Assembly (NCBI GenBank): GCA_002633005.1
Contig: NMRA01000738.1
Coordinates: 88,886-152,885, forward strand
Length of the DNA stretch: 64,000 nucleotides
DNA from: Phoronis australis
Lineage: Eukaryota; Animalia; Phoronida
Direction of reading: 5' to 3'
Both the position numbers and the translations under genes were made by a program. Under the pieces are notes generated by a model. The model ran no database searches, was not told where the DNA came from, and was given only the letters and a program-made list of their open reading frames with translations. Every line of letters begins with the position of its first letter. The stretch's first letter is position 1. This document shows positions 50,709 to 62,300 of this stretch, one piece after another.

Positions 50709-52405
50709 ATCTGTGGCAGGCTGTACATGTACATGTATCTAGGCCTGTAATCACACATCTCAAGAGTGCAGTTTTGAAACCAAAACACTTAAAATTGTTT
50801 CCAATCAGGTTTATTTTCTCATTCCAAAATAAATTACGAAATGCCAAACACCAGTAGCCTCACTTACAATTCCTCCTCTTAAAATGTCAACATGTTGTAC
50901 ACCTGGCAACTAAGCAAGGCTTACTTTTACAATTTCCATAATTATACTGGACCGACCGCAAACTTTCAACCTAAACCATACTTGCCACTATTAAAGCAGC
51001 CACAAAACTGCTTTCCACCACAAAAACCTGCTTTTAAATTAAACCACTTACCGTTACGAAATTGACTTCGAACTGTCCCTTAGTCAAATAATAGTTGGTT
51101 TCAAAGCTTACAACGAAATGATAGTTCGCTATTTCTCAAGATCAGACTCACAGCGCATCATTTTATTGACCATGCATGGTCTTGTGGAATAACGAGATGT
51201 CACTTCTTTGCCAACCAAGGGATCACTTAATATCTGAGTAAGGAACATACAGACAGCCAACTATACAGTAAGAAGTGGTCTGAACCAAAAGTTCACTTTT
51301 TGGGTGAAACTCGGTTTCAATCTAACTTTAAAAAGGGTAAATCACACTATTTACACTACAAAAGTTGATAGTGCACGCATATCAAAAGGTGTCACTGAAG
51401 GTTGTTACGAGAAAAATTTGAGTCCAGCTCCCATCATGTAAAAGAACGCATGCACACAAACACACAAATACGACAGCATGAGCAGGTATTCAAGTTTATG
51501 GCTGTAAATTAATAACTCTGCGTAACTACATGTTTCCGTCTACCAGACCATATAAGCAAAACTGAGTATTAGATAAAATATACCCTCCCACTGATGAACC
51601 CATATAACCCCACCTTTAATGTTTAATTGTGTTACCAGAGGGCGCCCTGGTGACTATGTCACATCAATATCTATCCCTGACTTGAGCAGAAGCATAATCT
51701 GATATGTATATTAATACCCACTAATTTAACATGGGTAGAACTGAGCTGGAAGGTTAATATCCACTGGTTTAACAGGGATGAGAGCCTATTTATATGATTA
51801 AGCACATATATAATGGGGACAGAGCAACTTTAAGGCCCTAATAAAACTAACATGGTCCCAGATGTCACTTCAAGCTAATACTAATGCACACCATTCAAGA
51901 TCACTTATAACAAAACAAAAACTTCTAAATGAAAACTAAACTATAAGTGGATACAGTTTGACTGGTAAGGCACAGCACATTGTATAAATAAGCAAAGCAT
52001 TACTACATACTAAAATAAATTTTTACAGTTAGTATCAAAATGCATTCAAAGAAATATTAAGTAACAATTCCTGGTATTTAGATATTGGCACCTTCAATCA
52101 GTGAACGCCCAATATGGAGGAGATACTCTTGCCAACCAGAATTTTTTCAAAAATGCCCGTTTCAGATCCAGATTATTATGACATATATGGCAGACCATTT
52201 AATGTTCTACTTACAAAAATAAACTTAGCTCCCAAATCTAACAGGATACATCGCACACTATCTATCATTATGGCACACAAAGCCTTCACAACTTGTTATG
52301 AAATATACATAAGAATGTCTACACATCACCGTGGTATCTGTTATCAGTAATATATTAATCGCACAAAATTCTGTTTCCCAGGACATGGGGACGGAAAGTA
52401 TGAAG

Positions 52406-52478
52406 TCACTGTTCTGGAATAGTCTGGCAGATTCTGCCATCTTGGTTCAAATTCTTGCCACTTCCTTGTGTGACATTA
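52406..52478 (-). CDS. GORAB: Candidate GORAB terminal exon 6 (SNVTQGSGKNLNQDGRICQTIPEQ*)
   Basis: Acceptor ttttccatttacaaag. Its phase matches a donor AG|gtagtg at 55926/55925. Followed by UTR-like sequence and AATAAA on the - strand near 50811-50816. Confidence 0.5.
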
Positions 52479-52955
52479 CTTTGTAAATGGAAAATTTGTT
52501 GAAACTGTTTTAGTAAACTCGTGGTTAATATGCAAATTGGTATGATTCACGTGGCATGAGTTTCACATTTGTTGAATTTTTTGCTAGTTTGAAATGCATT
52601 GACTTAGTGCAAGTGAAGATCACCGACCTATTGTTTGTCTCCAGATTGGAGTAGTTGCTAGGGGTGGAGTAGTCGCGAGGGGTGTGCCGTAATGATTTTC
52701 CATCCCTATTTCACTTTCAATTATCCGTAATGATCAGGAATACAAGGTCAATTATATCATGTTTTTGACATGTACGAAACTGGGCTTTCTGACACAGTTG
52801 GCTCCAATCACAATGTAAATCGTATTACAATGTGTGGAGAGGCAGGAATATTGATATTACATACGTGGAGGTTAGTTGTTAGTAAACATATTTCAAGACC
52901 ACAAATTAATAAAAATTATCTGAATGTTTCAAAGGAGCATTCTACCAAACCATGC

Positions 52956-52975
52956 ACACACACACACACACACAC
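52956..52975. repeat. (CA)n microsatellite
   Basis: Directly visible. Confidence 0.85.
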
Positions 52976-54045
52976 TGTGTATTGCATATTTTGTTTTGCG
53001 ATGAGATTCTACTTTAAATGCGAAAAGTCCATCATTTCATCAAGATTAATGCTACAGATAAACCTCAACACATCACTGATATCCACAGTGTCCAAAGCTT
53101 AACTCCTTACTTACACATCAGTGTGACTCCACTTGGTGAGTTAGAGGCAGTCTACAAGTTAACCACGAGTACGTTCAAAGAAAGAGTCCCACAGCAGTTG
53201 ACAGAATCCTTCTACACTAATTTTAATTTTAGTTTGAACTTGAGTAATCGGGTGGGTGACTTCTCGACCAGCCAAAAACAAGACTCGGCTATAGCCTACA
53301 AAATAATTCACATAAGTATTTCCACGCTATTATGCCCGTGGCCAAAATAAAAAATTCCTTTTGTTGCTGCCTTTTTTTACCCAGGCAAGTGGTTCACATG
53401 TTGGCATATGCGCCTAAGTTTTGCATATAAGCGCAGTCCCGCACAGATGCCCATGGGCCTAACCAGTCACATGAAATGAATCCCGACTAGTACACAGGCA
53501 GCTGTACAACGTTGTGTATAGTGGAAATGGACAAACTACAATTTTAGAAATAAAATCTTTGCTTTAAACCTAAATACAGTTCGCAAGCCTGTTTCCTTAG
53601 ATCATGCCTGGAGGGGACCTACAGCCCTCTCTGTAAACACACTGACGTAGCAGCTGAACACAGTCTAATTGAGAAATTGGAAAAACCAGAAAATAATATA
53701 AATTTTTCTCTTTGATGAAAATACCAACGAAAATTATAAAGCGTAAATGTCTGGCTATTCTTGTGGAGCAATCTATTGCCAAATCTGTCGTCTACGCTGC
53801 AGCTATTGATACAACACATAACGCTAAACCCTCGTGAGAGACCGCCCCGAGTTGGCTGCTGGAGCAACTCGGGGCGGTCTGGGATCAAGCGGAAAAACCA
53901 CAGGGTAAATCTGTGGTCGACGAATCTATTCGGTCGATTACATTTTATTGCCCGTGGAGCCGCTAAGGGCTGCCTGAAGAAATATGACTCGCGCGTTTGT
54001 ATTTTCGCCTTTTTCAATGACATGTAAAAGATTCATCAACAAATT

Positions 54046-54588
54046 NNNNNNNNNNNNNNNNNNNNNNNNNNNNNNNNNNNNNNNNNNNNNNNNNNNNNNN
54101 NNNNNNNNNNNNNNNNNNNNNNNNNNNNNNNNNNNNNNNNNNNNNNNNNNNNNNNNNNNNNNNNNNNNNNNNNNNNNNNNNNNNNNNNNNNNNNNNNNNN
54201 NNNNNNNNNNNNNNNNNNNNNNNNNNNNNNNNNNNNNNNNNNNNNNNNNNNNNNNNNNNNNNNNNNNNNNNNNNNNNNNNNNNNNNNNNNNNNNNNNNNN
54301 NNNNNNNNNNNNNNNNNNNNNNNNNNNNNNNNNNNNNNNNNNNNNNNNNNNNNNNNNNNNNNNNNNNNNNNNNNNNNNNNNNNNNNNNNNNNNNNNNNNN
54401 NNNNNNNNNNNNNNNNNNNNNNNNNNNNNNNNNNNNNNNNNNNNNNNNNNNNNNNNNNNNNNNNNNNNNNNNNNNNNNNNNNNNNNNNNNNNNNNNNNNN
54501 NNNNNNNNNNNNNNNNNNNNNNNNNNNNNNNNNNNNNNNNNNNNNNNNNNNNNNNNNNNNNNNNNNNNNNNNNNNNNNNNNNNNNNNN
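54046..54588. other. Assembly gap (543 N)
   Basis: Run of N. Confidence 1.
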
Positions 54589-55921
54589 GTACGTTTCAGA
54601 AAATCGTACTGTAGGCCTAAGTCATTTTTTCTGTGCCAGTTAATTTAGGTACACAGCAACTGAAAAAATGGATAAATCACGTCATTTTAAATCTCCATAT
54701 CGCTCCGTTATGGCCACTTCGACTTGGATGGATTTTGGCTCTTTCAAACACTCCACCATGCTCTATTTTTTGAAGTTCGTTAACGAAAACGCGTACCAGG
54801 ATGTAAGGTTCGTGCCCTCCCCCTCGAGTTTTAGTTGGCAATTTTGACATGAAGATGATATTTATTTGACATGATGGTGATATTTATGCGTTCCTTGACG
54901 AGAATTCCAGCAAGTCAAGTTTTGCCTAATTCAGCTTTTCATTCATTTTATACCGTGTATGCTCGCTGGCAAAATAAGATACCATCAAGATTTTAGTCTA
55001 GATGTTTCCTAACTCGGTTTTTGGCCATAACACTAGTTATAGGAATCTGATTATGAGCGCGCAAGAGAAGACGGAACATATTTGCGACATTTCGTTTACT
55101 CAAAGTTAATGAGCCAGAAAATATTTGTTTTCTCTTTCTCGCTTATAATGATTTTCAAGGGTTTCCGTTATTCAATTTCGGCAAGGTCGTCGCTTTCTCG
55201 CAAAACTACCGATTGGATGATCAATTACGCACATAATTGCTCTCCGTTTTAACGTTGATCATCGTCAATACACCTCCAAAAATTGCACATCGTCTTTGCC
55301 CAAACTACATTGAGATTTAAGTCTCCCGAAAAAAGTTGACGATTGGATAGTGTTTAAAAGTCTATTTCTAAATTTCTCCAGTTAGTGCACAAATGAAGTA
55401 AAAGAAAGTAGTTCTGCTTGTCGAGTCAGCTGTTGGTATCGTTATCTCTATTTATGACCCACAACGCGTGACTGGACAAAGCCTTTTCAAATTAGCCGGT
55501 GGAGCGTGAGACCCCTGAGGTCCCAATCGAGTCCTCACGACAACTTCGCGTTATGAACCATTGCTATTATTGCTCTAAAGATTCCCTGTTGGTTGATTTG
55601 AATTTATAGGAGGCTGATGATCAATGTAAATGGTCATCATTTATAGAACCATTCACGGAAAGCCTGTTTTTCTCCATCATGTATCATCGTGAATGATGAT
55701 AAATCTTTCCTTAAAAATTAATAAGAATTCTTATCAACCATTTAGGTCATGCCATGTCATTGATATGAAGTCATAGAAATTATGGATGGCATTTATTCAT
55801 TAGAAATTTTTTTTCGATTAATTAAGATCAACCAAAATCGCTCGTGTACTAAAAAAAAACTAATGCTGTAACTGTTTCTCCAACTCCAGCTACAATTGCT
55901 CTATCTATTGGCCTTGTTGCA

Positions 55922-56360
55922 CTACCTCTCCTCCCCTTTCGGTTGCTGCACGTCTTGCTCCCCTGCCTGCTGCTGCTGCTGATGTTGTAGTTGTTGTTGA
56001 TGTTCCTCTACCTGCTGCTGATGTTGCTCCTGCTGACGTTGCTGCTTCTCCAAGTTCTCCATCAGACTCCTACGCCTCTCCAGTGTCGGGCTTCTCGGAC
56101 CCGTCTCTCCCGGGTGCAAATCGGGCACAGAGTTTAGTATACTCAACTGCGGCACCTGCGGCAGGTCCATATCCATGGTCTCCATGGAGAATTCCATGTC
56201 CAGCTTGTCCATCAACTTGGCCAGTTTCTTGGCCTTTCTCACCTCATTCTGGTGTATAATGCTATACAAATGCTCCGTCAGTTGGTCCTTCATGTCGGCG
56301 CTCTTATGCAGCTCCATCTTAGCCTCCACAAACTCCTTCTCTGACCTGTCGTAACGCTTC
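55922..56360 (-). CDS. GORAB: GORAB exon 5, end of coiled coil plus Gln-rich tail
   Basis: Acceptor atattttcag. ORF 55922..56377. Confidence 0.93.
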
Positions 56361-59300
56361 CTGAAAATATCAAACAATTGTCCACATAGAAAACTTTCAC
56401 TTCAATGAGAATAATTTGCCTATGTACAGCACAAGACAAAAGTAATCGAGCAATTAACTGTTTCCCCATCATAACGGAAAAACGACTTGTAATAACTATT
56501 AGCAAATAGGGCGGTAAAATTCTAATTCACCTATCGCAAGCTCCGCTTCCCTGCGTAATGTCGACAAACAAGCAATAAGTTTTACCCAGAAATGTGTCAT
56601 TTGTCGGGTAAAACAGCTGCTTGGAAATGAAGGTGTGTCTGACTGCTCAGTTAAGCCGTCACTCAAAATCCTGGCGATAGGTCAATTGGCTTAGCCACCT
56701 CACTAACTTCCCTGTTCATTCTCGTTCATTCTCGTTCATTCTCGTTCATGAGAGAAGACTGGTCTGATGATGATGACAATGGCTTCCACCCCGCCATCAT
56801 GATGGACAATTTCAGATAATTTTGTCTGAATACTGTTGGCTTGTACATGTAAACAGGGATTCCAATTATGTTGCGCCATACAAGATTATAATATTCACGT
56901 CCATTCAAATACTTAAGCTAAGTAACCAAGCTTGCAGCAACTGTATCTGGCCTACATCACTTCTCAAACATACTTTATTAACCTCATTAAAATGCAATAC
57001 AATTCGCTGGCCTGCATTGAAACACTAGCTTTCAAAACAAACTGGTCAATGCTGAACTAGACACAAACATATGGCTAAATATCCATTTTTGTCATTACAA
57101 GAGTTTCAAACCTGGCTAAACTTCACTCAAAATCAGTATCAGGTGTTTCTTTTTTCAATGTAGTTCCACATAGTAGACACACTACTGTGGAATCAACTCT
57201 GAATAACATTGGCAATGATGTATTTTATACTAAAAACATTCCATCTTCGTATTGCACAATCTGGACATGAAGTGCTTCCAATTTTGATCCATTAGCAAGA
57301 CTTGCCACAAAAGCTTGTTTATTTTCTTATTTTTAAAACTGCCATCCACAGATAGGTGGCGAGGTCAACACTGTTGCAAAAGCTTGTTGGGCCAGTCATA
57401 ATCTTCATCCTTGAAGTACAAGCTTGGGAAATCTTCTTTCTTGACAACCATAGTAGTGCAAGCTTAAAAAGGATTGCTGGTTTACTGCATTGCTCAAGGC
57501 AAATGTCTTTAGCAATTCCAAAGTGTACCAAAATAAAGAGATCTGACAGCAATGTTAGGTAAGCCCAAAGTCAAATCCTGAATAAAGTAGGGCCACAAAG
57601 CTTTAATGAATCATGGTGAATAAAATTTGCAAACTTATATCAAGAATTAATTTTGCCAGTGAGTTCCAATAACTTAGTGTAGTAGAAATGACTTACAGGC
57701 AAAGACATAATACAACACCTCGACGAATCAAACAGAAATCCTTAAATATCTCTAGTTTAAGCAAACAACTAATATTCAACAAATAATAGCAAATAAACAA
57801 ATTCAAAAGTACATTTTTGATCATCCAGGTGTGCCGTTGTGTGAATTTCATTACATAAAAAACCCGCTACTACAGGACACAACACTTTACTGGTGCTTAC
57901 TTGGCTTCGACATAGTCACGTGACGCAGACTCAATCTTGTCACGTAGTATCGACACGTCCACGTTGAGCAGTTTGTCAAGGTGAGCCAGTTCCTTCTGCA
58001 GGTAGTTTAGCTTACTTGCCTCTGCGCTCGCTTTCTGCTTTCTAAATGAGATAGCAATGGGTGAGTACTAGAACAATACACTTCTAAATTAAAATAGGCG
58101 ATAGTTACTAACGAGGGTCCCAGATTGAGAATCAGTTTTCAACGCCTGTTATTCAGAGGAAACAGGTTCTCAAAATCCATGACCACTGAAAGTGACTATT
58201 ACCCCGAAACATATAATAACAAAACAATTAAATGAAAAGCTTTGTTTGTTGCAATAATCAAAGTTGATCCCCATGTGTGTAGTCAAAAGGCAAGACCACT
58301 GCCCAAGGGTGAGTGGACAGCACTGTCCAAGGGTGAGTGGACAGCACTGCCCAAGGGTGAGTGGACAGCACTGTCTAAGGGTGAGTGGACACCACTGCCC
58401 AAGGGGTGAGTGGACAGCACTGCCCAAGGGTGAGTGGACAGCACTGCCAGCAATACATCTAGCCCCACTTAATGTTCAGCATGAGATTCACTTCACCCGT
58501 CATGAAAGGTGTTTAAAATCTGACTAATGTTATCTCAAAATGTGGTGCACATAATTTTCTCATTGGAGTTGCTGATTGAAGATAACACTACAATGGAACT
58601 AAGTCTGGCTATGTTTGGAAATGTTGCTTTTTATACTAAAATGGTTTTATCTTATTACATCAACTGATTGTGTGTGTGTGTGCGTGTGTGTGTGTGCGTG
58701 CGTGACCACAGATTGCTTGGCAGCGATCATGGCTTATAGAACAGAGCCCAGCACCTCTAATGCACCTAACTCCACCTGTTGCCACAGCATAGAACTTACC
58801 ACTGAGCACTGACCAGCATCTTTATCAGTGCATCTAGCTCCACCTATTATCACTGCATCGTTTCTCACCTTCCTCACAGGTTAACGCGACACCTCTTGGT
58901 AAGATGAGGTTGACCGTATGCGAGGCGATGTGGATATGAACCAATTAAGATGGCAAGAAAAGACTACTTAAATCGGGTGGCATTCTCCTTTAAGGTCTTG
59001 AAACCAAATCTGTCTTGGGGTAGATCTCAAATAAACAGTATTTTCAAGAATTGTGTCACTTTGACAGCTGCATTGACCAGCAGCTATCACTGCAACTAGC
59101 GCCACCTATTGACACCACATAGAACTCACCTCTCCTTGATAGCACTAACCAGCATCTCTTTCTTCTTTTTGTTCAACTCTTCCATCATTTTCTGTTTTTC
59201 TTGAAACTTGTGAAGTGTAGTTTTCTCACGCCTAAAAGAAAAACAAAAATAATTATGCTCACCGTTCATGAAAATGAAGAAAATCATTTCAAGCCTTTTC

Positions 59301-62300
59301 AGAATCATCTGTGTATAACAGGAGGCTAGAAATATTATATTAGCGTTTCCAAGTGAGTTATCGATCTGTTTACGCACCATACATGCTGAGGATGTTATTA
59401 AGTTTAAAGCAATAGTCTGATTTTTTGTACACTGTATATTGACAGTGAACCTCAATTTTAAAGTTATGGTTATTTCACTGGTGGCACTGAAAACCTGTGT
59501 CAGGCTGGTGTGACACCAGCCAAGACTGTATAAATTTGTGATTTTCACACCCAGCAGGTAATGACATGCCCACGTAATTCTCTCCACCTTTAGATCCACG
59601 GGTATCGAATATAAATCCTGAAATACAAACACTTCAATGCCATGTGAACAGTTAACTTAACAAGTTTTCCACAGGTGTCACTGTCAATAACGCACACGTT
59701 GTCATATGACGAGGCATCATTTCATATTTTTACAAATATTCACCACAGCAACATTACAAGTTATTCCCTTCGTTTACCATCCAGCCATACATGTATGTGA
59801 CATGAAATTTTAAGCTTAGAAACCTACATAACAGCTGTCAAAGATGGATTACAAGGATCAATTAAATACATGCAGATTACATCGATGCTTCTCTTTTTGT
59901 CTTATATCGAACTAAAATTAACATTAAAAGACCTTTCGACTCACTCTATGGCTTGTTCAGCATCAACTTCCATTGTGCACGCTTCCACAGGCTTTTCCAG
60001 TTCTTTTGAATTGGCTGATCCAACTCCAACATCTTCTTTTAACGGTATTTGTTCAGCAGAAGACTCGTTGAGAAATGGGTTAGTTCCCTTAGCAGGCGAC
60101 TGTGTACTGTCCATAGAGAGCCTCATCGCGGCAGTGACTGGCTCAGCCCCCTGGGATGCAACTGAGGGTGTAACTGGGGGTCTCTGTTGGCGTGGACGAA
60201 CAACAGCTTTTTGAGGACGCGCATTTGGGTTCTTTGCAGGTAGTCTGTGCTGACCTGAAAATGATGGAGTGACAAACAATTTACGGATTAATGAGTAGAC
60301 AAATCATTTAAAATCACACCTCAAACTTGTGACTTCTTTGATTTTGGATTTTTTTAGCATCAAAAAAATTAATGTATATGAAAAGGGCGCCACAATGGAG
60401 CATTCACACCTTTTTACTCTTAGGGTGTCAAATTCCACAGTTTCTAGAAATCAATATGAAATAGCGTTCTGACGTTTCGAAAAGTCCCGCTCCATCTATC
60501 TCAGCTGAACTACAAGTACAGATGGTGAGAGTTGTGGGCAACAGACTGAAGTATTGCCTTTAATATATTCATCTCAGCAGACGGAAACCAAATACCCTGT
60601 CCAGATAATCTGAACACAGCTTCACAAAAGCTTATGGCCTTCTGGTACGCGTGCGATGTACCATCACTTTGGACAATGTGTGAGCCAGCATTGTACATAG
60701 AATGGTTGGGGAACACTCTGATTAGTGCCCCACTTGACAAACACAAAATATTTCATCATCAAAATAGTACGAGTAAAATTGAAGAAAAAAAAAACGATTT
60801 AGAACCATAACAAAAAAAGCATTTACAAGTCTGACACCCATTATTAATTTTTTATCTGGGAACAAAAATTAGCATAAGTTTTTTTTGGAGCTTGTGACCT
60901 CCCCCGAAAGTCACACTGCTGGCCAAGGTCAAAGTCGTTAAATGTCAGCTATGCTGTTACTGTTGTCAAATCCGAAAATGGAATTTACAAAAGGTATTTT
61001 GAGCTTAGTGTCTGATTGACATTTTATGAGCTGAAATATTTGATGAGCTGAACTGTTTGATGAGATGATATGCTTGATAAGCTGATGATCTTAATTATTT
61101 TTTGAGCTTTTTACTGTGTGACACAGAGTTGGGTTCAATGAGCCATTGCTGACGTTGCTGAGTCAAGTGAAACATGTTTTTAGTTAATTTTATGAAATAT
61201 GCACAATGTGATGAAGTGAATGATAGGGCTATTGGCATTCATAATTTCAAGTATATATGCAGGAAACATTCCTCACCAGGCTTAAACCTGCCCTTAAGGC
61301 ACACTCGTTTATGAAAAGTAAAACTTTTTTCCAAAAGTTGTTTCAAGCAGACTAAGCATATAGGGAATTGAAATTCGGCCACGGATAGGTAGCCAACCAG
61401 ATTTATTGAAACTGTTAGGGCTGATTGTTTAGATGACCAGGAAGTGAAAAAACCCAGAATTTCCAGATCAAAGGTCGCCAGGTCATTCGTAGCAGGAACA
61501 GTCGATGAATCACTGACATTGTCGGTCGTCAGATCAATAGTGTGGAGATGAGGTTCACCAGTTGGGGTTACCAGTGTTCTCCAGAACAGAAAATATTAAT
61601 TCAATTAGAATTACAAAATTCTTGTATACGTGTTCAAAAGTCCAATGTCCATACTGTGGAAAGTTTGTGCATTAAGTCTTGGAATAACGCATTGAACTGG
61701 TACTAAAAGGTCAAAATGTCGTAATGTCCCAAAACTTTAAACATGTTGCATCGGTTTTCAAACACAAGAAAGCCAAACTCGTCATGGCAAAATTCAAAGT
61801 CGACGCAGTGACGAGTCAAAATGAGTTGCGGAGAACACTGGGTTACCATTACCACCAGCACTGCCACGAGGATCACTGCTTGCTCAATAACTGGTAGAGG
61901 AATCACTTGTTGGAAGGACACTGTTCGGGACATGTTTTTTGAAGTTCAAAATTCTAGGAAATTTGACTATCACATCGCCATAATTAAATTTTTACACCTT
62001 CATGGAGCCTAGTTCTTGAAGAGTGTATTGGTTTTGTCTTCTGACTTCAGCTAAAAATCAGTGTACGGATGGCTTAACCTGTATTGTCATGAAAATAGGC
62101 TAAGGCAGAAAGTCAGGATAATCTGTTTTCATGGCGTCATAGAGTCTAGCAGTGTAAAAATGTACACTTGCTGATTTGGGCAACTGAACAATGGACAGTT
62201 AAAAAAGTTGGATTGTGGGAGCATTGGTTCCAGCTGAGAAGAGTCAAAGGCATCAACGGTCTCCTAATGCGTCCCTCTATGCGCAAAAGATACTTGTCCC

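Noticed and set aside
50512-50847. Repetitive-peptide ORFs (PGLSTPSWAQY)
   Set aside because: Products of the 19-bp minisatellite.
53984-54643. 219-aa ORF
   Set aside because: Almost entirely N gap.
58297-58449. GGGTGAGT splice-donor consensus in every 24-bp unit, and Cys-rich repeat ORFs
   Set aside because: The motif is on the + strand while the host gene GORAB is on the - strand. The ORFs are minisatellite translations.
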